A DNA stretch of 64,000 nucleotides from Desulfobacterales bacterium (GTDB taxonomy: Bacteria > Desulfobacterota > Desulfobacteria > Desulfobacterales > UBA2174), in NCBI GenBank assembly GCA_963668645.2, contig CAXXWC010000014.1:32001-96000 (forward strand), written 5' to 3'. Below, piece after piece: positions 21,528 through 30,236 of this stretch. Each line of letters starts with the position of its first letter. The first letter of the stretch is position 1. The notes below the pieces were generated by a model that was not told the origin of the DNA, ran no database searches, and was given only the letters and a program-made list of their open reading frames with translations. A program made the translations under genes and the position numbers.

Positions 21528-22832
21528 ATGTTCATGACCCACACCGACAACCTGGCCAGCATCACTTTTGAGCTTGGCTGGGAAAAACACGGGATCCGCC
21601 ACACGGACGGGCTGCATGCGCCGCGGGTCAATTTCTGGCGCGACCTGTTGCCGCCGCCACTCGGCCCTGCTCTGATGGGCCGCTGGACCGGAGAGCGGGT
21701 GGAGGTGGATGCTGCGGCCGGCTCGATTATCGCTGCGGCCAGCGACAGCCGGGTGCACCGGGTTCCTGCCGCTCGCATCTGCGGCCGGCTGCGATCCGGG
21801 GAGCCCATCGTGCCGCGCTACGGCCGGTTCTATCCGGCCGGGATGCTCAAGGGCCTGCCGGGCGTCTTTGCCGGGGCGATAACCCCTTTTCGCTGCACCG
21901 GGGTGGGCGCGGGGGGGATCCGGGCTGACTTCAACCACCCTTTAGCCGGTCTGCCCTTGCGCGTGGCTGCGGACATCGAAGACGTCCGCCTGAAGTTCGA
22001 CGAGCGGGGCGGAACCTGCAACGACTGGCTCGAACTGCTCGCCACCGGGCCGGGAATTCAGGCCCGTGCCAACGGGCGGCCCACCGATTTTCTGGGACCC
22101 GGGGCCCTGGCGCGGGAGGACGTCTCTGACGACAGCGGTTTTTACCGCCAGCCGCGCCTGGTTCAGCATATCGACGACGAGGCCATCCGTGCCGTTACCG
22201 GCATCTACCGGCGGCTGGTGCCGGCGGGCGCACGGGTTCTCGATCTAATGAGCAGCTGGGCTTCCCACCTGCCCGAAGCGGTCGAATTCGCCCGGGTCGT
22301 CGGCCTCGGTCTCAACCGGGTGGAGCTGGAGGCCAATCCCCGCCTGACCGGCCGTGTGGTTCACGACCTGAACCGCGATCCGCGCCTGCCTTTCGATGAC
22401 GGCAGTTTCGATGCCCTGGTCTGCACCGTCTCGGTGGAGTATTTGGCCGATCCCCTGGCGGTTTTCGCCGAGGCGGCCCGGGTGCTGGCACCGGGCGGGA
22501 TTTTTATCGTGACCTTTTCCAACCGCTGGTTTGCCCCCAAGGCGATCCGGATCTGGTCGGAGCTGCATGAATTCGAACGGCCGGGTCTGGTACTGGAGTA
22601 TTTTCTGGCGGCCAAGCGGTTTGTCGATCTGGAGACCTATTCGCTGCGCGGCCGGCCACGGCCGGCAACGGACAAGTACTACCCGGCCGATCCGGTGGCG
22701 GATCCGGTTTTTGCGGTGTGGGGGTATGCAGGCGGGAAATCGTTGGAAGGCCGGCGGCCGACCGCTGCAAGGCGGGGGAAATCCCGCCTTGCAGCGGTTG
22801 AGGGGCGATCGCTGGATTCAAACAGGCGATAA
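21528..22832 (+). CDS. Class I SAM methyltransferase with N-terminal FKBP/SlyD-like region
   Basis: DFNHPLAG in the N-terminal part; FY..PRLV.HID, VLDLMSSW, SVEYL and TFSNRWF in the C-terminal part. Confidence 0.8.
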   Translation: MFMTHTDNLASITFELGWEKHGIRHTDGLHAPRVNFWRDLLPPPLGPALMGRWTGERVEVDAAAGSIIAAASDSRVHRVPAARICGRLRSGEPIVPRYGRFYPAGMLKGLPGVFAGAITPFRCTGVGAGGIRADFNHPLAGLPLRVAADIEDVRLKFDERGGTCNDWLELLATGPGIQARANGRPTDFLGPGALAREDVSDDSGFYRQPRLVQHIDDEAIRAVTGIYRRLVPAGARVLDLMSSWASHLPEAVEFARVVGLGLNRVELEANPRLTGRVVHDLNRDPRLPFDDGSFDALVCTVSVEYLADPLAVFAEAARVLAPGGIFIVTFSNRWFAPKAIRIWSELHEFERPGLVLEYFLAAKRFVDLETYSLRGRPRPATDKYYPADPVADPVFAVWGYAGGKSLEGRRPTAARRGKSRLAAVEGRSLDSNRR

Positions 22833-22907
22833 ACGCATCCGCACCGGCCGTCCACTAAGGTTTGCCGATCGTGGGAAGGCCGGAGCCTGGCGCATCCACC
22901 TGCCACA

Positions 22908-23489
22908 TCAAGGTGCAACGTCGGGCGGATACATCAGCTTGGCGTCCATATTGTAGGTCCACGGCAGCCCCTCGTACTTCCAGCCGCCTCCCCAGCGCTG
23001 GCCGTGAAAGGCGCTGTCCTTGTTCTTGTTCTTGTCTCCCTCGAAGCCGCCCATCAGGTTGAAGACCTTGTCTTCTGCAAAGCCGGCCTTGATCGCCTCG
23101 TTGCAGGAGGTACAGCTCCGGTTGCCGCTGCGGCACAGGAAGATCAGGGTGTCGGTTTCCGGGTTGAAGCGCGCGGCGAGCACCTTGCCGAAGTCCGGGT
23201 TGGCCACCTCAGTGTAGCCCTTCTTGCCGACCTTGGCTGAGAGGAACCGCAGCGGGATGTTCACGGCCCCTTCGGGATGGCCTACGAACTGGTACTCGGC
23301 CCGGGTGCGGCAGTCCACCAGGAAGGTGTGGCCCGGATCCTTCTGGACCATCTTGTAAGCCTCGGCCGGTTCGACATTCCCGCCCAGGTGATCCTTGTTG
23401 CACTTGTAGGCGTATCCGGCCATGGCCCAGGATGCGGCGACCAGCACCATCGTTGCAACAAGCACTGCGATCATCGACTGTTTTTTCAT
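22908..23489 (-). CDS. Exported rhodanese-like sulfurtransferase
   Basis: AGGAG RBS, signal peptide, LVDCRT.AEY..GHP.GA, active-site loop CRSGNRS, NLMGGFEG. Confidence 0.88.
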   Translation of the reverse strand: MKKQSMIAVLVATMVLVAASWAMAGYAYKCNKDHLGGNVEPAEAYKMVQKDPGHTFLVDCRTRAEYQFVGHPEGAVNIPLRFLSAKVGKKGYTEVANPDFGKVLAARFNPETDTLIFLCRSGNRSCTSCNEAIKAGFAEDKVFNLMGGFEGDKNKNKDSAFHGQRWGGGWKYEGLPWTYNMDAKLMYPPDVAP

Positions 23490-23525
23490 GGGGCGCTCCT
23501 TTCCTTTCCTGTCTTGAAATGACAT

Positions 23526-24902
23526 TTATCGATCCGCTGCGGCGGCCGGGTTTTCCAGCCGCTGCGGGACCCGTTCCCGCGGCACGATCACCGCGGCGTT
23601 GGCTTTCAGCTCCCAGTCCTCCATATCCTGCGGCCCGAGAAAGATGGCCGCGTTGCCGTGGCAGCTATTGCAGTCGCGGTTCTGCTCAGTCTGGCGGCGG
23701 ATGTTGTGCGGCGCGGCCCTTTTCCAGGTCGGCACCCTGGCAAAGGCGTTGAGAACGCCCTTGCGGTAATGGTCGAGCATCTTGGGGTCAACCGGCGGAT
23801 GGCGCACCACCGCGAAGGTTTCCGGGCGGGCTTCATCCGGTTGCGGATTAAGGCCGATTTTTAACATCACTTCGGTCTTGCGGCATTTGAAAAAGGCCAG
23901 GCCCTCCTTGTCGCGTCCCACGTGGCAACTGGAGCAGTTCTTGTAGGCCTGGGCATGGCAGACCTGGCAGGCGAGCCGGCCCCGGTGGAGCCGGTGGGCG
24001 CGGTTGGGCGCATCCTCGGCAACCGCTTCGGGGTGGCACTTGATGCACGCCGGCCGCTGGACCAGGGTGTGCCGGGTGGCGCCGGCGCCTGCTGCAGCGT
24101 GTATCTCTTCGGCCTTGTGGCAGGCCATGCAGGTCATCTCTTCGTCCTCGTAGTGGACGTCGGCCTCGCTGTCTTCACGGACCCCGGTGAACTCGCCCGA
24201 CACCCGGCCGCCGTGGCACCCGGCGCAGGTGCTGTCCATGGGCGGGGTCTTCTTGAAATGGTGCCTGGCCAGCAGCCCGCCGGCAACGTAGTCCGGACGG
24301 CTCACATGGCACTGGCCGCAGCTCGCGTGGCAGGTGCCGCAGTGGGTCTCGGCGGCCTTGGCCGCCGTCTGCCGGGCCGCCGGGCAGGGGTTGTCCATGC
24401 GGGCCGCAAATGCGCCTCTGAGCGGCGCGATGGTGTAGTGCAGACTGCCGGCCGCCGTCTCGGCGATTTCCGGGTGGCACGGGCCGCAAGCCGAACCGGG
24501 GTCCGGAAAGGTCGGATCGGCCACCACCTCGCGGTGGGCCGTCTGCCAGTCGGGATCATCGGGATCGCCGCCGTGGCAGTCGACACAGGCGATCTGACCG
24601 TGGTCCGTCTCCAGGAAGTCCGGCTTGACGTAAATCTTTTCGTACAGCTCCAACGGAGCCAGAGGGCCACCTCACCCCTCGCCGGTGTTTTCGGCCGAAG
24701 TCTTGGGCTGCGGCTTGATTTTTTCCACCTGCCAGCAGAGTCGGATAAGCCCTTTGAGATTGGTGTGGCAGGTGACGCACTGGCTGGAGCCCGGCGTTAC
24801 AGGGTCTGCAGAATGGACCGGCGCGGCAAAGCCCGCCACCGCCAGCAGCACCGCTGCCAGCCACATCCTCTTTGTGGAAAGCCGCCGGAATCCCCGGTAC
24901 AT
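23526..24902 (-). CDS. Exported 11-heme cytochrome c, probable selenoprotein (UGA at codon 77)
   Basis: ORFs 24672-24902 and 23526-24653 are in frame across TGA 24672-24674 (TGEG-U-GGPLAPLE); signal peptide only in the first ORF; 11 CxxCH motifs; downstream hairpin. Confidence 0.8.
24645..24661 (-). promoter_or_regulatory. Candidate bacterial SECIS hairpin
   Basis: mRNA UGGCUCC-GUU-GGAGCUG; apical loop G lies 17 nt after the UGA. Confidence 0.6.
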
Positions 24903-25215
24903 GTTTCCCCCCCTTTTTTTTCCAACGACAACGGATCTGGATTAGATCTCCCGCAGCGCTGCACGGACAGCGAGCCGCATCAATGACGATGGCCGGTCGT
25001 GCCGGGCAGGGGAGATATGAGATAAGACTCATTATCTAAACGGCGCCGTTTCGTCCGTCAAGCTTTTAATTACCCCCTCAGCACTTGCCGATAAATCCGA
25101 CCTTGTGAGCTGCGGCCCACCCGTGCTATGTGCCATCGCACGTTACCGCAACTCCCATGTCCGCGCCCGGATTTGCCGCTTGTCCCGCCTGCCGCTGCAA
25201 CGGGGCGAGGGCGGC

Positions 25216-25848
25216 ATGCGGACGCCTGATGAAACGGTGAAATTCGTGATGATTGCAAACGTACCCCGACTGGATCGCCAACTGGCATTTTTAGTGGAAA
25301 TCGACAGACTCAAACAGGTGTACCGTCAGACCCTGCTCATGGACGGCACCCGGCGGGAGAACTCCGCCGAACATTCCTGGCACATCGCCGTGATGGCCCC
25401 CTTGCTGGTCGAATACGCTCCCGACGATGACCTCGACCTTGGCCGGGTGGTCCAGATGCTGCTGGTCCACGACTTGGTGGAGATCGATGCCGGCGACACC
25501 TACTGCTATGACCCGCAGGCCCGCCAGGACCAGCACGCGCGGGAGGTGGCCGCGGCCGGACGCCTTTTCAGCCTCCTGCCCGGGGACCAGGCCGAGTGGG
25601 CCCAGGGCCTGTGGGAAGAATTCGAGGCCTGCCAGACCCCCGAAGCGGGCTTTGCCGTCGCCCTGGATCGGCTCCAACCACTGGTTCACAATTTTCACAC
25701 CCAGGGGCGCCAGTGGCGCCACCATGGGGTTTGCAGCGATCAGGTGCGCCGGCGCATGCGCCCGATGCGTGACGGGGCCCCCCGCTTGTGGGCCTATGCC
25801 GAGGCCCTCATCGACGAATCGGTGGCGCGGGGGTACCTGGCGCCGTAG
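25216..25848 (+). CDS. HD-domain hydrolase
   Basis: ENSAEHSWH, HDLVEIDAGD and DRLQP motifs; start uncertain. Confidence 0.85.
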   Translation: MRTPDETVKFVMIANVPRLDRQLAFLVEIDRLKQVYRQTLLMDGTRRENSAEHSWHIAVMAPLLVEYAPDDDLDLGRVVQMLLVHDLVEIDAGDTYCYDPQARQDQHAREVAAAGRLFSLLPGDQAEWAQGLWEEFEACQTPEAGFAVALDRLQPLVHNFHTQGRQWRHHGVCSDQVRRRMRPMRDGAPRLWAYAEALIDESVARGYLAP

Positions 25849-25886
25849 ATGCGCGCCACTTTCTTGCTTAGGATTTGTCTTTTCCC

Positions 25887-26582
25887 ATGACCGAGGCACC
25901 GATCATAAAGGCACGTTGCTTGAGGCGGGTTTACCGGCTTGGGGACGCCGAGGTGACCGGCTTGGCCGGGATCGATCTGGACGTGGCGCGCGGGGCCCTG
26001 GTGGTGCTCAAGGGCGTCAGCGGTTCGGGCAAGAGCACCCTGCTCTCGCTGCTGGCCGGGCTCGACCGGCCCAGCGCCGGGCGCCTCGAGGTGGCCGGCC
26101 GGAACCTGGCCGTGGCCGGGGAGAAGGATCTGACCCTTTTCCGCCGCGAGGTGGTGGGCATGGTCTTTCAGAACTTCAACCTGCTGCCCACCTTGAATGT
26201 CATGGACAATGTCTGCCTGCCGGCGCTGCTGGCGGCCCGATCGCGCAGCGCAGCGCGCCGGCGGGCCGGGGAGCTGCTCGATTGGCTCGCGATGGGCCAC
26301 CGCCGGCAGCATTTTCCGGCCCAGCTTTCCGGCGGTGAGATGCAGCGTACCGCCATCGCCCGGGCCCTGATCAACGACCCGGAAATCATACTGGCCGACG
26401 AACCCACCGGCAACCTGGACAGCCGCAACGGCCGGGCCGTGGTGGCGCTGCTGGCCGATCTGAACCGGCGCTGGGGCCGCACAGTGGTCCTGGCAACCCA
26501 CAGCGGCATCGCGGACCGGGTGGCCACGCGAGAGATCTGCCTGGCCGACGGCGCCATCAGTGACGGGTCATGTGTGAACTGA
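25887..26582 (+). CDS. ABC transporter ATP-binding protein (LolD-like)
   Basis: GVSGSGKS, LSGGE and ADEPTGNLD motifs. Confidence 0.93.
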   Translation: MTEAPIIKARCLRRVYRLGDAEVTGLAGIDLDVARGALVVLKGVSGSGKSTLLSLLAGLDRPSAGRLEVAGRNLAVAGEKDLTLFRREVVGMVFQNFNLLPTLNVMDNVCLPALLAARSRSAARRRAGELLDWLAMGHRRQHFPAQLSGGEMQRTAIARALINDPEIILADEPTGNLDSRNGRAVVALLADLNRRWGRTVVLATHSGIADRVATREICLADGAISDGSCVN

Positions 26583-29143
26583 GCGCATTTTTACGCCTCT
26601 TTTGCCAGTTCAGCCTGCGCCACCTGCTTCAACACAGGGGGCGCGTTTTCACCGTACTGGCCGGTATCGCCCTGGGCGCGGCGGTCTTTACCAGCGTCCG
26701 GTTGAGCGTGGACGCCTCCCTGGCCTCTTTTGCCAGTACGGTGGATCGTCTTTCCGGAAAGGCCGATCGCGTGGTGGTGGCCCAGGGCCGGGGGGTGCCC
26801 GAAACCCTGGTGGCCCGATTGCTGCGGCATCCGGGAATGTGGGCCGCCTCACCGGTGATGACCACCTATGTGCGGCCTGCGGCCGATCCGGAACACAGCT
26901 TTCTGATGGTGGGCATCGACCCCATCCTCGATGGCCCCCTGCGCGAATGGAAGACCACGGCCCAAAGCGGCGCCGGCCCGGCTCCCTGGATCGCCCTCAT
27001 GGCCAGGCCGGCCACGCTGCTGGCGGGCGTTTCCCTGGCCCGGGACCTGGACTGGCGTGTGGGCCGGACGGTCGACCTTGAACATGCCAGGGGCCGGGTC
27101 AGTTTCGAAGTCGCCGGACTGGTGGCCCCGGACGGGCTCGGGGGGGCCGAGGCAGGGCGCCTGGTCATCGTGGATCTGGCCACCTTCCAGGAATTCACCG
27201 GACGGCTGGGCGAGGTCGACCGCATCGACCTGATGGCTGGCGGCGGTTTTTCAAAGGCCGATTGGAAAGCCCTGGCACACGAATTGCCGCCCGGTGTCAC
27301 CCTGGCCGAGCCGGGCGGGGCCAAAGCCGTGGGTACCGCCATGGTACGGGCCTACCAGATCAACCTGTCCGTGCTCAGCTTTGCCTCGCTTTTTGTGGGG
27401 ATGTTTCTGGTCTACAGCCTAGTGGCCCTCAATGCCGCTTCCCGGCGCCAGGAGCTGGCGATCCTGCGGGCACTGGGGGCTGGCCCGCGCTGGATTTTCG
27501 CTCTTTTTATCGGCGAAGGGGCGATGTTCGGGATCCTGGGCTGGGCCGTGGCGATTCCCATCAGCACCATCCTGGTCAGGCACCTGCTCACCGCGGTGAG
27601 CCAGACCATCTCCGCCCTTTTCGTGCGGGTGGCGGTGGAGCGCCTGGTGCTCAGCCCGGTGGAAGTCGGCCTGAGTTTCGTTTTGACCGTAGCCGTATCC
27701 GTGGCGGCGGCCTGGCAGCCGGCCCGCGAGGCCATGGGCGTCGCTCCCCGGGAGGTGATGACCCAATTGCCCCTCTCGCCCCGGTACCCGGCCCGGGCCC
27801 GGCGCATGGCCGTGGCCGGAGCCGGGTGCGTCCTGGGGGTCCTGCCGCTGGCCCGGATCCCCGGTCCGCCCGGGCTGCCCATTCCCGGATACCTGGCCAC
27901 GCTGCTGCTCTTTGTGGGGTTTGCCCTGCTGGCCCCCTGGAGTCTGCGCCGCCTGGGGCGCTGGGGGGCCGCTTATGGCCGGCGCAGCCGGGCGCCGTTT
28001 TTCCTGGCCGCCCGCTACGTGCGCGACAGCGGCACGCGCACGGCGGTCAGCGTCGGGGCCCTGATCACGGCGGTGGCTCTTTTCTGCGCCCTGGTGATCA
28101 TGGTCCACAGCTTCAGGCGCACCGTGGAGGTCTGGGTGACCCAGACCATCAGCGGAGATCTTTTCGTGGCCCCGCGCATGGCCGAGATCAACAACTTTCG
28201 CGATCCCATGACCCCGGCCGATACGGCCGCCGTGCGTGACCTGGACCTTGGGGTCACCAAAGTGCCCCACCGGCGTTACAACCTGCGCTACGATACGATC
28301 CCTTACACCCTGGAAGCCATGCCGCTCGCCCCCTTCCTCCGGCATGGGGACTTCGTTTGGCTGCGCGGCCGGCCCGAAGAAATCCGGCCGGCCCTGGCCC
28401 GGGGGCTGGGGGTGGTGGTCTCGGAGGTCTTTGCCAATCGCACCGGCCTGGGGCCGGGGGACCGGTTTGCCGCGGTGGTGGGGGACCGGCGCCTGGAATG
28501 GCCGATTCTGGGGGTGATCCGCGATTACCGTACCCAGGGCGGGGTGGTCTTCGTGGACCTCGACGCCCTCACGGACCGGATTCCGGATGCGGGCTGGACC
28601 GGGGTGCGCTTTTATGCCGGCGGGGACCCGAAACGCATCGAAGCGCTGCGCCAGGCGCTGATCGCGCGCTGCGGCAACCGGCTCGACATGGTCAGCGGGG
28701 CCGGGCTGCGCGACTCGATTCTCCGGGTTTTCGACGAGACCTTTGCCGTTACCACCGTCCTGTTGCTCATCGCTCTGGCCGTGGCGGCCCTGGGGATTAC
28801 CACGACCCTGACGGTGCTGGTCCTCGAACGCACCCGCCAGCTCAACACCATCCTGGCCGTGGGCGGGGCCCGGGGCCAGATCCGGCGCATGGTCCTGACC
28901 GAGGCCGGATTCCTGGTGGTGACCGGCGAGGCGGCCGGTCTGGCCTGCGGCTTTCTCCTTTCCTACCTGCTTGTCTACGTGATCAATCGCCAGAGCTTCG
29001 GCTGGACCTTCATCTATCAGGTCGACTGGGGAACCCTCGCCCTGAGCCTGCCCCTGATAGTGGCCGTTGCGCTCCTGGCGGCCCTGCCGGCCCTGGGCCA
29101 GGTTTTCCACCGGCCTCCGGCCGTCCTGTTGCGGGACCGGTGA
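26570..29143 (+). CDS. FtsX/MacB-like ABC permease (duplicated architecture)
   Basis: 857 aa, two FtsX-type halves, RRQELAILRALG and VINRQSFGW motifs. Confidence 0.9.
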   Translation: MCELSAFLRLFCQFSLRHLLQHRGRVFTVLAGIALGAAVFTSVRLSVDASLASFASTVDRLSGKADRVVVAQGRGVPETLVARLLRHPGMWAASPVMTTYVRPAADPEHSFLMVGIDPILDGPLREWKTTAQSGAGPAPWIALMARPATLLAGVSLARDLDWRVGRTVDLEHARGRVSFEVAGLVAPDGLGGAEAGRLVIVDLATFQEFTGRLGEVDRIDLMAGGGFSKADWKALAHELPPGVTLAEPGGAKAVGTAMVRAYQINLSVLSFASLFVGMFLVYSLVALNAASRRQELAILRALGAGPRWIFALFIGEGAMFGILGWAVAIPISTILVRHLLTAVSQTISALFVRVAVERLVLSPVEVGLSFVLTVAVSVAAAWQPAREAMGVAPREVMTQLPLSPRYPARARRMAVAGAGCVLGVLPLARIPGPPGLPIPGYLATLLLFVGFALLAPWSLRRLGRWGAAYGRRSRAPFFLAARYVRDSGTRTAVSVGALITAVALFCALVIMVHSFRRTVEVWVTQTISGDLFVAPRMAEINNFRDPMTPADTAAVRDLDLGVTKVPHRRYNLRYDTIPYTLEAMPLAPFLRHGDFVWLRGRPEEIRPALARGLGVVVSEVFANRTGLGPGDRFAAVVGDRRLEWPILGVIRDYRTQGGVVFVDLDALTDRIPDAGWTGVRFYAGGDPKRIEALRQALIARCGNRLDMVSGAGLRDSILRVFDETFAVTTVLLLIALAVAALGITTTLTVLVLERTRQLNTILAVGGARGQIRRMVLTEAGFLVVTGEAAGLACGFLLSYLLVYVINRQSFGWTFIYQVDWGTLALSLPLIVAVALLAALPALGQVFHRPPAVLLRDR

Positions 29144-29312
29144 CAAGGGACGGTCCAACTATCCAGAATCAGGTTGGATTGACATACTCGAAGCACTTTG
29201 ATATTTTTCTGTTGTTTAATATGGCTAAAAATTCGAGAGCCGGTGAGTGTTTCCATTGGAACCCAGCCGCCGGGAAGAAGGGTGAAAGGGGGCCTGCGAC
29301 GAGGAGGGGAAG

Positions 29313-30236
29313 ATGAACCCCGGTCCGGTGGAGGAAAACAGGCAGGTGCAGCCGGAACCTGGATTTGCAGCACCATGGATCCGGCTCCGATGGAGCACCC
29401 TGGGCGCCATTTTTCTGTTGAGTGCGGCCCTGCTGATCGGTCTCTGGTCCTTGTTCGGTGCTACGGATACCACGGCGCAGCGGGTTGCCCATACCGGCGT
29501 CATCCGCATCGGGTATGCGCTGGAAGCCCCCTTTGCCTTCCACGACGATCAAGGCCGGGTGACCGGGGAGTCGCCCGAGGTCGCGCGGGCCGTCTGGCAA
29601 CGCCTGGGCGTCCGCCACATCGAATGGGTGCGGACCGATTTCGGCTCGCTCATCGCCCAACTGCGCGCCGGCCGTTTTGATCAGATCGCCTGCGGTTTGT
29701 TTATCCGCCCGGATCGGGAACGCCTGGTGGCCTTTACCTCGCCTTCGGTCTGCATCGGACCGGCACTGCTGGTCCGGCGCGGCAATCCTCTGCATTTGCA
29801 CAGCTTTGCCGACATCACCGGCCGGGACGGCGTGCGGCTGGCGGTGATCGCCGGAGCGGTGGAAGGCGAAGACGCCGCAAAGGCCGGTGTTCCCCCTGAC
29901 CGCATCGTCAGTTATCCAAATCTGGACGTCGCCCTGAACGGGATCCGCAACAACTTGGTGGACGCTCTGGCCCTTTCCGCACCGACCATCCAGCGGTTGG
30001 CCGATCAGAATGCGGACCTGCAACGGGCCCTTCCTTTCCAATGCCCTTTGAGCAAACCGGGTTGCGGCGCCTTTGCCTTTCGCCCGGCCGACAAGAAGCT
30101 GCGCGACCGATTCGACCGGGCCCTGCGCGAGTATATCGGCACTGAGGCGCATCTGGAGCTTATTCGACCCTTTGGGATGAACAAGGATAACTTGCCCGGT
30201 TCCCTGCAACGCCAGACCAAGGAGAGCGTTCCATGA
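29313..30236 (+). CDS. Family 3 solute-binding protein (EhuB-like)
   Basis: GYALEAPFA, TGESPEVAR, FGSLI..L.AGRFD and VRRGNP motifs. Confidence 0.8.
   Translation: MNPGPVEENRQVQPEPGFAAPWIRLRWSTLGAIFLLSAALLIGLWSLFGATDTTAQRVAHTGVIRIGYALEAPFAFHDDQGRVTGESPEVARAVWQRLGVRHIEWVRTDFGSLIAQLRAGRFDQIACGLFIRPDRERLVAFTSPSVCIGPALLVRRGNPLHLHSFADITGRDGVRLAVIAGAVEGEDAAKAGVPPDRIVSYPNLDVALNGIRNNLVDALALSAPTIQRLADQNADLQRALPFQCPLSKPGCGAFAFRPADKKLRDRFDRALREYIGTEAHLELIRPFGMNKDNLPGSLQRQTKESVP

Noticed and set aside
27419..29158. Long opposite-strand ORFs (also 4515-5846, 9442-10650, 57765-59573)
   Set aside because: Antisense shadows of well-supported genes in high-GC DNA
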